DNA of 64,000 nt, taken from assembly GCF_009914755.1 (NCBI RefSeq), contig NC_060926.1; one strand, given 5' to 3'. Both the position numbers and the translations under genes were made by a program. Shown piece after piece: positions 29,996-45,007 of the stretch. The notes under the pieces are model-generated. The model saw only the letters and a list, made by a program, of their open reading frames with translations. It made no database searches and was not told the origin of the DNA. Source of the DNA: the human T2T-CHM13v2.0 reference genome, Homo sapiens. How positions within the stretch are numbered: the first letter of the stretch is position 1; each line of letters opens with the position of its first letter.

Positions 29996-32282
29996 TGATA
30001 TGGTTTGGCTCTGAGTCCCCACCCAAATCTCATCTTGTAGCTTCCATAATTCCCACATGTTATGGGGAGGGATCCAGTGGGAGATAATTGAATCATGGGG
30101 TTGGTCTTTCCTGTGCTGTTCTCATGATAGTGAATAAGTCTCATGACATCTGATGGCTTTAAAAAAATGGGACTTTGCCTACACAAGCTCTCCCTTTGCT
30201 TGCCACCAACCACATAAGACATGACTTGCTCCTCTTTGCCTTCTACCATGATTGTGAGGCCTCCTCAGCCACATGGAACTGTGAGTCCAATTAAACCTCT
30301 TTCTTTTGTAAATTGCACAGTCTTGAGTATGTCTTTATCAGCAGCATGAAAACGGACTAATACAGTAGATCGGTACCAGATGGGGGATGTTACTGAAAAG
30401 ATACCTGAAAATGTGGAAGCAACTTTGTAACTGGGTAACAGGGAGAGGTTGGAACAGTTTGGAGGGCTTGGAAGAAGATAGGAAAATGTGGGAAAGTTTG
30501 GAATTTCCAAGAGACTTGTTGAATGGCTTTGACCAAAAGCCTGATAGTGATATGGACAATCAAGCTGATAAGTGATAAGGTCCAGGCTGAGGTGGCCTCA
30601 GATGGAGATGAGGAACTTGTTGGGAACTGGAGCAAAGGTGACTCTTGTTATGTTTTAGCAAGGAGACTGGCAGCGTTTTGCTCCTGCCTTAGAGATGTGT
30701 AGAACTTTGAACTTGAGAGAGATGATTTAGGGTATCTGGCAGAAGAAATTTCTAAGCAGCAAAGCATTCAAGAGGTGACTGGGGTGCTGTTAAAGGCATT
30801 CAGTTTTATAAGGGAAGCAGAGCATATAAATTTGGACAGTTTGCCACCTGACAATATGATAGAAAAGAAAAATTCATTTTCTGAGGAGAAATTCAAGCTG
30901 GTTGCATAAATTTGCATAAGAGGAGTCGAATGTTAACCCCCAAGACAATGAGGAAAATGTCTCCAGGGCATGTCAGAGGTCTTCACAGCAGCCCCTCCCA
31001 CTGCAGTCCTAGAGGCCTAGGAGAAAATGGTTTCATGGGCTGGGCCTGGGGTCCCCATGCTGTCTGCAGCCTAGGGACTTGGTGTCCTGTGTCCCAGCTG
31101 CTCCAGCCATGGCTGAAAGGGGCAACATAGAGCTCAGGCCATGCCTTCAGAGGGTACAAGCCCAAAGCCTTGGCAGCTTCCACGTGGTGTTGAGCCTGAG
31201 AGTGCACAGAAGTCAAGAAGTGGGGTTTGGGAACCTCCGCCTGGATTTCAGAAGATGTATGGAAATGCCTGGATGCCCAGGCAGAAGTTTGCTGCAGGGG
31301 TGGGGCACTCATGGAGAACCTCTGCTAGGGCAGTGCAGAAGGGAAATGTGGGGTCAGAGCCCCCAGACAGAGTCCCTACCATGGCACCACCTAGTTGAGC
31401 TGTGAGAAGAGGGCCACTGTCCTCTAGACCCCAGAATAGTAGATCCACCAACAGCTTGCACCATGCATCTGGAAAAGCTGCAGACCCTCAAAGCCAGCCA
31501 GTGAAAGCAGCTGGGAGAAAGGCTGTACCTTGTAAAGCCACAGGAGCGCAGCTGACCAAGACCCTGGGAACCCACCTCTTGCATCAGCGTGACCTGGGTA
31601 TGAGACATGGAGTCAAAGGAGATCATTTTGGAGCTTTAAGATTTGACTGCCCTGCTGGATTTTGGACTTGCATGGGGCCTGTGGTCTCTTTGTTTGGCCA
31701 ATTTCTCCCATTTGGAATGGCTGTATTTACCCAATGACTGTACCTCCATTGTATCTAGGAAGTAACTAACTTGCTTTTGATTTTACAGGCTCATAGGCAG
31801 AAGGGACTTGCCGTGTCTTGGATGAGACTTTGGACTGTGGACTTTTGAGTTAATGCTGAAATCAGTTGAGACTTTGGGGGACTGTCGGGAAGGCATGATT
31901 GGTTTTGAAATGTGAAGACATGAGATTTGGGAGGGGCCAGAGGCAGAATAATACAGTTTGGCTTTGTGTCCCCACCCAAATCTCACCTTGTAGCTCCCAT
32001 AATTACCACATGTTGCAGGAGGGACCCAGTGGGAGATCACTGAATCATGGGGTGGGTCTTTCCTGTGCTGTTCTCATGAGAGTGAATAAGTCTCATGACA
32101 TCTGATGGCTTTAAAAAATGGGAGTTTGCCTGCCACCATCCACGTAAGATGTAACTTGGTCCTCCTTGCCTTCCACCATTATTGTGAGGCCTCCCCAACA
32201 ACGTGGAACTGTGAGTCTTTCTTTTGTAAATTGCCCAGTCTCAGGTATATCTTTATCGGCAGCATGAAAACAGACTGACACA
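29996..32282 (+). mobile_element. Near full-length THE1A/B MaLR (LTR-internal-LTR)
   Basis: 5' LTR ~29996-30364, internal ~30365-31948, 3' LTR ~31949-32282; TSD gtagt/gtaat; both LTRs share catgacatctgatggctttaaaaaa. Confidence 0.93.
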
Positions 32283-34057
32283 GTAATAGTAGATACAGGG
32301 TACCTACATGTGATAAAATTGCATAGAACTACATGCACACGCACACACACACGAGTATAACTAAAACTGAGAACATTCGGATAAGTTCAGGGGATTGTAT
32401 TAATGTCAATGTCCTGGTTGTGATATTATACTACAGTTCTGCAAAATGCTACCATTTGGGAAACTGGGGAAAGTATAAAAGGAGTCTCTCTGTATTATCT
32501 CTTAAATTGCATGTGAATCTATGACTATCTCAATAAAAAGTTTCAAATAAAATCGAATACAAAGCAAATTCTTACCGCAGTCTGTACCATTTTTTGCTTA
32601 GATATGCCTCTAAGCAAAATGGTGATGAGGAATGTTCATTTTTAAGCAAATATTTTGCCATGCAAAGGTTAAGACAGCTGTGTCAATAGGCTACCCCACC
32701 ACATGAACTGGAAAGTGATAGTTTAAACAGTCTTTTTATTCAGATAGTCAATGAATACTTTATATTCTTTTCAAATAACATGCCAGTAGCCAATTCACTA
32801 TATGAAAACCACAATCATTAATTTTTTCCAAATCTGCTTTTTTTTTTTTTTTTTGGCAATCCACTTCTATGAAAATGTAGTAGGAATTGCCATCTGGGCA
32901 GGAGTTTGCAAAAGGCTCTTTAATTTGCCCAACAGAATGCTGACTTTGCTTTCTACACAAAGAGTAGTTATGTGAGGAGCTCCTATTAACCTACAATCCA
33001 TAATCCTATGATTTTAGGAGCAGGCTTGGTTATGAATTCCCTTCTCTGCTCCTCTGCTCATAAACTCATCTAAGATATCCAAATCATGAGAAGGGCACTC
33101 ATTCCTCCAGCTTCTCAACAGTTTGCCACCATAGCAATCAGATCACATTTTTAAAATCCCATTACTAACTCTAACACAGACACTTTCACAAATGTAATTT
33201 AACATTTTATCTTCTATTTTAGAAAGGGTTGTTCATAAGAAATAGCCATATGAAGACTTTTTCTGCATTTTTTAAAGTATGAATACAATGTGTTATCTTC
33301 TATATTATTAAGTGTCTCATATATAATGAGTTTTTTAAATCAGGAATTTCTTTTTCTTTAGTGTTGGGGAAAACAAAACACCCATTTGGATAGAAAAGTA
33401 TAATTCCTTAGATTAGATAATGAGAAACATATAATCCAACATGATTTATTTTTGCCCTGACTACCAAGAAACTCAGATGTTTTGTTCTCATTTACAACTT
33501 TTAGCCTAGCCAAAGCTGCTCTCTCCTCTTATTCTAAGTACATCATTATAATTTGTCTTAAAAGTTGAATTTTTTAAAATGTTGTTTAGATTTTAGCCAA
33601 CTTGACTTTATTTGAATCCTGACAATTAAATAAAATCATTTTTGTAATACAACTTTAATTCTTTTTTACAAAAAGATAAACAATATACTTGAAGGAAATA
33701 AGCCTATTAAAAGAATATGTGAGGGTTACTTCTTGTGCTTGTGTTTCCACTCGAAAACTTAAGACTCAGCGATGTTTAGTTCCCCATTTTAACAATTTCA
33801 TGTATTTTTCTTGATTTAAAACAAATTGATTGCTCAGATGTGAATCTAAATAACTAAGCCTAATTCATGTAGTGGACCTTAAAAAAAATAAGAAGAAAAC
33901 ACCCTGTCAGAGATTCTCCAGATGGTTTTGTTTCTGACGATAAATAAAATAAATGACTCATGCATATATATATATTCTGCTTGGGTATAAGCAAAATCAC
34001 ATAGGAAGAAAACTTATGATCACTAAAAAGGTGTGTATTAATTTTTAAAATGACTAG

Positions 34058-34423
<366 letters not shown>

Positions 34424-35538
34424 TGACCCTCTTCCAAGAGTTCAAGGACAGGTTTTAATTCTGTAACAGTTGGTCTAAGCTCCTGCCAAGAATCGTTTCC
34501 CAATTCCTCTCCATCTTTATTTCTGGTCTTATATCAAGAATGACTTTTATTAGAATTTTAGAAAACACTGGATATAGACCACTGGGCTATGTGATCTTCC
34601 AACCTGATCCTCTATCTCCCCTTTCAGAGGCCACTTCCATCTTGAACTTCTTAGCTGTGATTTTCACTGGTTTCTCTTGACAGAAGTTCCCAATGTCAAC
34701 AGTTCTGGGTGGTAGATTTTGGTAACTTCTCTGGTTTACCATGGCTTTCTTTGATGAGGACTCTTGCAGGTGATAGTTCTAATAATGACCAATCTTTCAA
34801 CAGTGTTCCTCACTTTTGTACAAATCTACCATGACCTTACATCTTAACTGAGGTCTGTTTGTGCAAGTACAGACCAATACAGGAAAACCCAAACATTATT
34901 ACTCCGCTCCTTGCAAAAACTCCAGACCTCTACCTTTTTGCCCATAAGCTTTTTGATCCCCTTCATCTTATTCCCGGATTCCTGCTTGATTTTTGGATGC
35001 ATAACTGATGTGTTTTTTGTTTGTTTTTTCTGATTTTGACCTCAGCACATTTCCTTAGATATATACTATAGACTAAGCTCTCTGGGTACTTCCAATTCCT
35101 ATAGCTAAATAGTAACGATCTTGTGTAGTACCCCATAAGCCTGTCCCACTCTCCCTTTAACCCCATTATGAGGCGCTACAGTTCTTTCAAGGATCATATT
35201 CAAAGCCTCTTATGAATGCTAATGTCCAGTCCTTTAAGGAGGCTAGCCCTAGTAAAGGTAGAGAGGAGATACTCAGAGCTGCCGCACAGACGTCTGCTTA
35301 GACACAAAGCAGAAATCCAATTCAGATATAAAGGAAACTTGACCAAACACTCAAATTCTCTTTCATTTTTCTTGCTCACACAGGGCACTCATCCGAATTG
35401 GATCACAGGAGCACCCTTAGCTATTTTTTGGTTCCCCCAGCTGGATAAATTAACTGAACTCTAATGGTCAAATAGGATACCGCTTATAAGATTGATTTTA
35501 AATATTTTACTTAGGTGTTCCTACCACAGTGGCCTGCT

Positions 35539-35614
35539 TTCAATTCCCCATGTACACCAGATTCAATTCCTCATATACACCAGATTCAATTCCTCATATA
35601 CGCCAGATACAATC
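35539..35614. repeat. 23-bp minisatellite, ~3.3 copies
   Basis: ttcaattcc(c/t)cat(g/a)tac(a/g)ccaga repeated. Confidence 0.9.
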
Positions 35615-38600
35615 GCTTACTAGGAATTACACAATCTGGCTTCTATTCACTTCTCCATACTCATCCTTTGCCATTTCCCTTCTCACCCCAGCCACAGTGA
35701 TGTTCTTTTAGTTTTTCAAATGTTCTCACTGGCATCTAGGAATTCATAGCCGCATTTGCTTTCAACTGACCTTTTATAGCCCCAGTTCTTATTCATCCTT
35801 AGGTCTTACCTCCCTTAACAACACCTCCTTAGCCCAAGTTTGAAATGTATAGTCCAACTGTATGTATACATGGTGTGGGGCTGTAGAGTATCATTATTTA
35901 ACAAGAATTAAAATAACATTTGTTTAGCATTTTCAAAATGTTATCTGTTACACCTGGTTACTTGATAGTCTCTGTCATTAGACTGCAAGTTTTGTGAGGT
36001 CACAGGCTGTGTCAACATAGAAAATGGTCAATACGTACTTTTAAATGAATGAATAATCAAACTATAATTTTCCAATAAATCCCTCTAATGAAGTGTCTTA
36101 CTTCTACTTAGATTGGCTACACTATGGGAATATTTATGTTCTTTTGTGAACATGAAAATCTTACCCTGCTGACCTTGTTTGACCTCACCTCCCTACATCA
36201 GTGTTATAGCTAGGCTTTGTTTTGACAGTGAGAAGTAAAATGGGGTGGCCTTGGTTTTGAAGTAAAATAATATCCCGAAATAAGAAAAAAAGCTCAGACA
36301 GCAGCTACACCACCATGATCACAGACTGAGCCTGTAGGCTTCGATTGAAAGATACTTGAAAAGCCATTCGGTTCTGTATCCTTTAAGTATGAAAACATTG
36401 ATTTTGACAGTTTGTAGTTCAAAACACAGAAACCTCAAAGAAGGCAATGTCTTCTAGATAGGAATGAATTATCATCTCATTCCCACAAAATATCCTATCA
36501 GTCACTTTTGTTATGATTCTACCACACATTTGAAATTGAGAGGATTTTAATAAACAGTCCAATTTTTCCTCTTAACTTTAAAACAATGTTTTTGAGAGTC
36601 AGTGGAAATGACAATAAAGATTTGAATTTGTTTTCCTCTGGCCAACGCCAAACCCATTTTTGCAAAATCACCAACTGTGGTATGCTCTGCTATTTTCCCC
36701 CCCACAGAAATGTGTTTATGTAGCTAACCAAAATAGAAACAATCCCTGTAGTCAGTTCCCTTGGAAATGAAGAAAACATTGGCTCTTCCTTCAGAAAGAG
36801 GATGTTGGTCCATGGGAACAAGTACCAGCAGTGAGTCCTGACCAAAATACAGGGAGCACTGAGGTTTTTTTAAAAAATCAGATATTTGTATCAGAACAGG
36901 ATTCAGCTACTTCAGAAGGTTTAATACCTGTTGAGAAGAAAAACATTTAAGTCTTGAGTTCATCACATCTAATTAATAGGTTCAGTTAATCAAATTTTTG
37001 AAGATGTACCATTTTACCCCTAAATCTTTTAGCAATGAAAAAAATAATCATTTTAACCTCTAACTTCAAAAATCTAGAACTTTCAAATAGTTTTATTATT
37101 AATGCAGGCAACTGCCCAAGCAAATACATTAATCTTATTCAACATCTTCAAATCCCCAAATATTGTCCTGAGACCTGAGATCAGAACATTCAAACCACAG
37201 ATCCTACAATTCTCAGATTCGTTCTAAGGTCCTGGAGCATGTCTAACTCAAGAGCCAGTATAGTGAAATGGAGCAAAGGGATGGTTCAGTGAACAGTGAG
37301 ACCAGCCCACTGGGAATCAGATATAGAAACAACTGTTAATGATGAGAAAGAAGAAAATATGGCCAATTCTAGACTTGAGTTGAGCCATAGACTATCTTAG
37401 GACACTAACCCAAGGAGAGATGTCTGAGGCAGATAACTCATTAGCATTCTTGAGTTGAGAGCAACTTGACCAAAAAGGGCCAGCCACAGGCAGGAAACGT
37501 TCTGCTTATTGCTCTGAGCAAAATGGTCTTCTTTTTACCTGTTGCACATCCATCATGTGTGCTATCTAGTGACAAAGCTGTCTTTTTATGCATCTTGAGG
37601 CCAACATCTGTGCCTTATAATAATCTATACTACCATGTAACAATGCCTGGCACAGAATAATATGCAAAATTTTTTTAAATGGATGAATAAATGAATGTCT
37701 ATAACACTCAAGTTACAATACTTGAGCTTCAATGGAACAAATCACTGAAAAGTATATGTTTGGCATCATTCAAACTGTATATTTAGATTATATACAATAT
37801 ACAATTTGTTTCTTAATTAATGCCTTTGAATTCACAAATTTAAGGAAAACAGTAAGTCACCAACAGAAAAATGTGAGACCATGTCTTCTTATTTGGAGTA
37901 TGCTGGTATTTAAATGGAACAATACTCAGCATTTTAAAACGCACAGTTTGGAGCTATTTCTGCTGTCTCATGTTTGCTTATCTTCATCCTTGTCACCAGC
38001 ACAGTCACACCCTGTTTTTATTCTACAGCATTAGTTCACCGTTAAGCAAAATGTAGTGCTTCCTCTCTTTGGCAATCTTCTGTTCGAGCTTCCTCCACAA
38101 CTACCCCCATCATGCTCATTAAAGCCACCTTTCACCATCACTGTTCAACAAAACATTTATTAGCAAAAAGAACAATATTCATTGGCTTTATTATCTCTGG
38201 AACATGACAGACATATTAGATTAACTAATCTTAAAACAATATTTTACAGATAATAAAGCTAAGAGTTTAGAAAACTTACATAAATTGTCTATGATCACAT
38301 GGATGTCAGAGCTGCTGTCCTTAAAATATAAATGGAACTCAAAAGAGAGGTTAATGTGGGAGTAGTAAGTTTGGCATTGGCAGGTGACAACACATTGGTA
38401 ATTGTTGAAGCTATGGAAATGCATGAAATAACTAATTTAGGGAGACAGCACTGAATAAGAATAAAGGATGCCAATGTTTACAGCAGCACAATCCACAATT
38501 GCAAAGAAAAAAAATTGAGCAATAGCACTGATTTTACAAAGAGGTCAGCAAAAGTGAGGATTGAAAAAGAGATTCTGGATTTGTCAATTATAAAGTTACT

Positions 38601-41600
38601 GGTAATTCTAACAAGGTCATTTTCTAAGAAGTTGTGGAGATAGAAGTCAATTTGAATAAAAAGATCATGAAGATAAGAGAGCAAATATAGACAAACGTTA
38701 TACAAATTTTGGTTTCAAAGGGAAGAAGAGACAAAGCAGTAATTTGAGGTAAAGGCAGAATCAAGGGAAGATTCTTTTAGTCTTTTTTGGCTTGTTTTTA
38801 AGGGGGAGGAAACAACATATAAAATATGAATATGAAGCCACAGATAATTGACTGAACAAAGGCCTAAAGTGGGAGGGGAAGGATTAGCTTGGGGACATGA
38901 GGTGGGAGGAGGTAGTGGTGGGTGACATTATAAATACTGGAAGGATAGAGAAGGGAAATAATGGGCTTTATTTTATCCATGACTTCAGAGGTAACATCAT
39001 ACAGTTAAAATGAGAAAATGAATAGGATAAAGAGTTACAGGAAAATTGAAAACATTTGGGGCTATCTTAGCATAGAAAAAGAAAAGAAACTAAAAATAAA
39101 TAAAGGACTTCCTGGAAGAATCAAGAGCCCTGATGGAGAATGGGAATCACCATAAATATCTCAATTTTCCCTACAGAACCCAAGGTTGGCAAGTTCCCTG
39201 TCTTAAAATCATTCTTTCTAGTAAGAGGATTTGAAGATGGAAGCCAGATTGGCCAGGTCGGGAGGTTCCACTCTGTGAAATCAGCCGCATTCAAGACACA
39301 GTAAGGGTTTAAAAGCCAGATGCAGTGCTCAAGTGGTACGACAAAGTAAACGCCTAACTTTATCTTTGCCTTCTCTACCTCCGTCTCTTAGTCATTCCCA
39401 GAGTATGGTTATCCTTAACTTTCCTTTCTTTCTTCTTACCTATTTTTCCCCAAACTCTACCCAAGTTGTGCCAGTCATAAAAATTACAGCAGAGAAATGC
39501 ATGTGTGTTGTTTACAAATCTATCACATGGTTGGTGAATATTTTTATTTTATGTTGTCTCAAGTCAATGTGGAGGATAGAAAGCCAGTCACAAGACTGAG
39601 CAATCATTCCTAAGACCTGCCAAGCAAAGAATCCTGTTGCAGAAATGTTGATGATGTGGGAGCACTTCGTGGTTTAACTGGGTTGCTAATCATAACATTG
39701 CAACTTTGAAGATTTTCTTTGGACTTGTAATTCCACATGTATTAATAGCACTCCCATGTCTACAATATGAGTTTAAAATCATTTTAAATTAACTTGCATC
39801 TATGTAGTAAAAAATTATATTTAAGTATCCCCCAACCCCAACACACACACATTCACCTTTAAAAATTATCAACTTCTCGCTTAGTGTTTTATTATAACTT
39901 TATTTTAGTTTTATCTTTTGAAGTATAAATTCACTTTATTCCTAAGAAATTCCTGAAAATAAAAACTTATTTCAAAAGTATCAATCTATAATGCTTTGTT
40001 TTGTTTTAGATCAGAGGTTTCATTTTAAAAGAAGTAATTTTCAAAAGCCATGAAAGTTCCTGCCTCATAGCCAAGTTAAAATAAAGAAAAACCTTTACCA
40101 GACAGCACTTTTCAAGCCATGTATGAGATAGTCTATCTACTTAAATAAATCACATCTGTTATTAAAAGACAATAATAATTTTAGTATTTACATTTTACAT
40201 TAATTCTGTTAAATTATTTTTATTAATTTTTTTATTTCTTGTGATATAATTTTAATGGAATTTTACTGTAAGTTAAATAACCTTAACTTTCTCTTCTATT
40301 TCAGAGTACTTGCCTAATGATGAGCTCTCTAAATTTGCCATTTCTGGAATCTACACTAATTCTGTTAATACTTTTAGAATGGCCCGATTATAATTCTCGA
40401 TAATGCTACAAACTTATTCATGCTACAAACGTAATTTGAGGACTAGCCGGACACTGTGATAGACATGATAATCCAGAAATGCACCCTACCTTTGCCCTGG
40501 AAAGCCTCTCTTCCCCTCTCACAGACCCTAACCCTCTGTGTGAGGGATCCTCAACGCCTTCTCCTTCAGAACTCGGCTCAAACATCCCCTTCCCAGAAAG
40601 GAGACTCGTGCACTGCCCCCATTGAGCTGTGACAGGTGCTCCCCTCACCAGCATGTACTTTGAATTACTCTTATAAAGTCATCTTGCTGCATAATAATCT
40701 ACTTTTCTGATTGGATCCTTCACCCAAATGCAAGCTCCTCCAAGGCAGAGTGCATTTCTGGACAGCAACTGGGGATCCATGAAAAGGTCAATATGGCTGG
40801 ATTTTTGGGTGCAAAGGAGAAGGGGAGGGGCTTATTCTCCCTGACTTTATAGAGAGAGTTAATTGAAGACTGAATTTTAATCCTAAAATTCAAGTTGCTT
40901 CCACATTGAAAAGAAAATTTATATCTAAGAGTTTGAAGTCACAGCTCCTCTGTTTTTGAAAACAAGATGAAAATTTGTCTTTTAATCATTTTTTAACTTA
41001 GGGAAAGGAAATGTTCAAAGAACAAAATTTTAAACTGTGGCGCCCTTCTGAGGAGGAAAGTCACATACAGCAGAGGGAGCAGAGGGTCCGCGATGCGGGC
41101 CGAGCAAGAAGCAGGGGAGCTTCAGGACTGTGAGTGAGTTCTTTAAGAGCATCAGGCTGCAGTGGCTTGACAGGGCTGTCCCAGAGATGTTTCCTAGTAA
41201 TGAAGGAAAGCCTCATGAAGGGCTGTCTCCTTCCTGATTATTTTACTTTTAACCCAACACAACAAATAGAAGGCAGATTTCCCAAACACACCAAGGAAGT
41301 TGAATGGCCTGAAGAAAATCTGACATCTGCATATCAGCATGGACTAGCTCTCAAATACTTTGCATGAATAATAAATTAAAATGGCAGCTCAAGCAGGACA
41401 GGCAGATGAGAAAAACAAAAAAACGAAAACCCAAAAGCCTGGCCAGGAGATAAGTACCTGATAAAATCATTCTTTTCAAGGAATGCCAGGAACCCAGATT
41501 TGAAGGTTGACCATGTCAACCTCTTCAGTCTCTGGCTCCTCTCAAGAAAAAAATGTGATAAATAGATAAGACTAAATTATAATTAGCATTTCAGTAGTTG

Positions 41601-41935
41601 TTTATACAGTACTTCAAGGTCCTTAAAAGCAGTTCTTTCTAAGCCTCTTAAATGTTTAGGCATGCTATTAATCTGTGTTATAAAGATGACAACTTATTTA
41701 GCAAATGTACACAGCAGTCTAGCCAATTATGACGAACTTCAAAATAGCAGAGTCCAAACCAATAGACTTTATTGATGTGTGTTTGCCCATGCTACTAATT
41801 TAGCATTTGAAGTTAAATTTAAAAGCAAAGCGCTTAATGTGAAGCTGCATCAGTTATTAACTAATGACTTATACATTCTTACACATTAAGTACATATATA
41901 CAATGCATTTTAAGATGAAAAGAAAACTTTAAATA

Positions 41936-42240
41936 GGCCGGGCGCAGTGGCTCAGGCCTAATCCCAACACTTTGGGAGGCCGAGGTGGGCAGATCACCTG
42001 AGGTCAGGAGTTCAAGACCAGCCTGGCCAACATGGTGAAACCCCATCTCTACTAAAAATACAAAAATTAGCTGGGTGTGGTAGCAGACCCCTGTAATCCC
42101 AGCTACTCGGGAGGCCAAGGCAGGAGAACGCTTGAACCCAGGAGGCGGAGGTTGCAGTGAGCCGAGATCACACCATTGCACTCCAGCCTGGGGGACAAGA
42201 GCGAGACTGTCTCAAAAAAAAAAAAAAAAAGAAAAAGAAA
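41936..42240 (+). mobile_element. AluS
   Basis: TSD aagaaaactttaaata. Confidence 0.94.
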
Positions 42241-42759
42241 AGAAAAGAAAACTTTAAATAGACTATAAAGTGTGATGAACTCCCTAGTCAACTGGCAAGT
42301 GCTCTCTTTTCCAAAAGATTCAAGCAGAGGAGGATCAGTCATCAGATAGGAGGTGTCCAAGGCTCCCACTGCTTGGGAGGCAGAACTCTCTAGATCTGGG
42401 AATCGCAGCTCTAGATAGGGGCCAACTCAGGAATTACTGTGAAGCCCTTGAAATCTTCAGATACAAAATATACCTCAAGACGTTCTAATAAAAAGTTTTG
42501 GGTAGAGTTCTAGAGACAGCAGATTTAAAACATGGGTGAGGCTCTGACAAAACTTGATGATAGTGCAGATAGTACACTTTGCTGATGATTTCAAAATCTA
42601 AGCTAAAGCACTGCTCCCAAACTAAGAATTAATGTGCTGCTATAAGCCTAAACTTATAAAAATCATTGTTAAACTCTGCTTTCTAAGTAAGACCTTTAGG
42701 GGTACTTTGACTCTTTTAGTTGTTAAAGCCAGTACTAAATTGGATATTATCTCCATCCA

Positions 42760-43130
42760 GCGTAAATGTGTTCACCATTTTATAGATGGGAAGCATGAAG
42801 CCAGAGAGATAAGGCATTTTCCCTACATCATACAGCAAATAAATGACAGTTTGTAATATAATTCAAATATCTCCATTCAATAACTAGAAACCACAACAGT
42901 CATATAGCTAACCATTCTTGAGCATGGTTTTTAATTCTTTACATGATTTTTTGTATTTATTTTCCAATCTATAATGTAGGTACTACTGTCATTCTCATTT
43001 CACATCTGGGGAAATGAAGCACAGAGTGGCTATACAGCCTCTTCGAGGTCACACGCAGCTAGTAAAAAGAGGCAGGAGTGAAATTCAGCCAGCCTATCTC
43101 CCCAGTCCATGGTCTTAACCACTATACTCT
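42760..43130 (-). mobile_element. Two MIR fragments
   Basis: ccattttatagatgggaagcatgaagccagagag; ctcatttcacatctggggaaatgaagcacagag. Confidence 0.6.
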
Positions 43131-43449
43131 CACCCTTGATTTTTCTACCAACTTCCCCATTGTAACTGTTTGTGGGTGCTGTATCTATTAGATAACCATA
43201 AATGACCCAGGTGTAGAGCAAGTCCTCCAACAGTGCAAAGACAAAATGAAACCACTAGGGTGTCTTTTTGTCTAATTATCAATAACCAGGATCAGCCCAA
43301 AGGAGGCAAATGTACCCCCAATCCCCCAACTAGCCACAATTCTTGTCATCACTTGTGGTCTTTTGGTTCAGGGCCTCAGTGCTCTGAGAATTCCTAACTC
43401 TACCAGCATTCACATTAATTTTACTGAGGCATTCTCTCCATGTACACAG

Positions 43450-44200
43450 TTGTTTGTTTTATAGAAATGTAAACACATTTCACCACTCACTGTTGCTTAA
43501 ATACCTTCTATGATATTCTTGCCAAATGGCCTGGAAATTTGAAACCTCCCATGGTAGCTCATTCCATGTTTGGACAACTTTAAATGTCAGAAATTTCTTC
43601 CTCTCATTGAAACTAAATCTATCTGTAGCTGCCTTTTATTTTCCCTAGTTAATAACTTTTAGGTTTAATCTGATTTTTCTTATTTTGAGCATTTAATAAA
43701 AATGACAGACCTTATCTCCAGGAAAAAAAAATTTAGACATGAATAAAAACTTGTACAATCTTTGCGGAATTGCAGCGTTCTGAAGGCCTATGAATGGTCT
43801 ATGGACTTTGGACTTAGAAACTCTCTTTTAATAACAGCCCTTCAAATACCATAAGGCAAGTGTGTTCCCCCCCTTTACTGATGTACTGTGTTCAAGTACT
43901 TATACCTCTCTTCTCTCTCCACGGAATTGCATCTGCTTAGATTTTGCTGCCCATTTCAGCCCACGGAAACCTTTCTAAATCAAGTTCTATGATCTAATCT
44001 ATTCACTTCCCCTCCTTGGAGTTGCTTTTAGGCTTCATCAGCATGTTCTAGTCTTTTCAACACAGCCAATGGAAAGATATGGGCTGGGAAACAGCTGGAA
44101 ACAAAGCACTGTAGTTGGCAACTAGCAACCTGCCTCTCAAAGAATGTCATTCAGTGTAAGTAGGATGTGTCCAGGACATTTTTTGCAAAGATCATTTACT
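43450..44200 (-). mobile_element. L3/CR1 LINE fragments
   Basis: ggtagctcattccatgtttggacaactttaaatgtcagaaatttcttcct. Confidence 0.5.
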
Positions 44201-45007
44201 GCGACCAAAGTCCATGAATACACAAGGAAGTGTGCATATTTAACAAGCAGAATATAATCATACGCAGTTAACTTTATTCCCAATAGAGACCTGCTTTTGT
44301 TCTGTTTTCTTCTAGGTTGGCTAGGTCAGGAATTGGACTAACCAACTCAGGGAGTATGAAAACATGTGAGCCACATGATTAAGAGCTTAAGTACTGATTG
44401 CAAAATTTCCTTTTATAGTCTAGCATGTGACCTTATGAAACTCACATATTTTCCCAGGTCTGAAGACCCCAAAACTTTTAGCCTTCCTACGTACATAGAA
44501 TGGCTACCCAGTGGCCATTCTTTTGGCTTGAAAGATTCTCATGGTCACTAATTTAAATGCCATGTTTGGTATTAGGGGATACTTTAGTAGTTTAATTTAC
44601 TTGTTTTAAAATAAACTTTTTCATGGCTTTGAGGGCAACTTTTACTTCTAGTGTTCTAGAGTTTTATGGACAAGTTCACATTCACCCTGTCCATGTACTC
44701 CATAGATTTTATAAATGAAGTCATATCCCTTTTAAAGTTTATCACTTCAAAACTAAGAGTTGTAATGAAGCCAGCATTGAGGAGTAGAAAGAAAATTGAA
44801 AATGATCTGTCAGGGGACCCTATTCTGTTATTAACCACCCAAGAAATTGTGGACAATTAAATTATCCTTTCTGGGCCCCTTATTTCTCATATGTAAAAAA
44901 AGAGGTCGTGACTTCTTCTCTAAGGCCTCCTCCATTTTTCAAAATTCTGTCATTCTCATTTTCTTAAATTAGAAGGGTGTACTAAACCATCAGAAGTAAG
45001 ACAAACA

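Larger units (their letters stand above)
28979..32550 (+). mobile_element. L1MC-type 3' end, interrupted by an Alu (29105-29392) and THE1A (29996-32282)
   Basis: agagaaatgcaaattaaaaccaca; gggggatccttgtgatgacagaattgttc continues after the THE1 as agatacaggg...tgcatgtgaatctatgactatctcaataaaa. Confidence 0.8.

Noticed and set aside
30912-32105. Overlapping ORFs suggesting a gene
   Set aside because: Decayed THE1 internal region
35539-35614. CRISPR-like array
   Set aside because: Head-to-tail units with no unique spacers; eukaryotic context with no cas genes
38869-38925. G-quadruplex candidate
   Set aside because: Long loops and no supporting context
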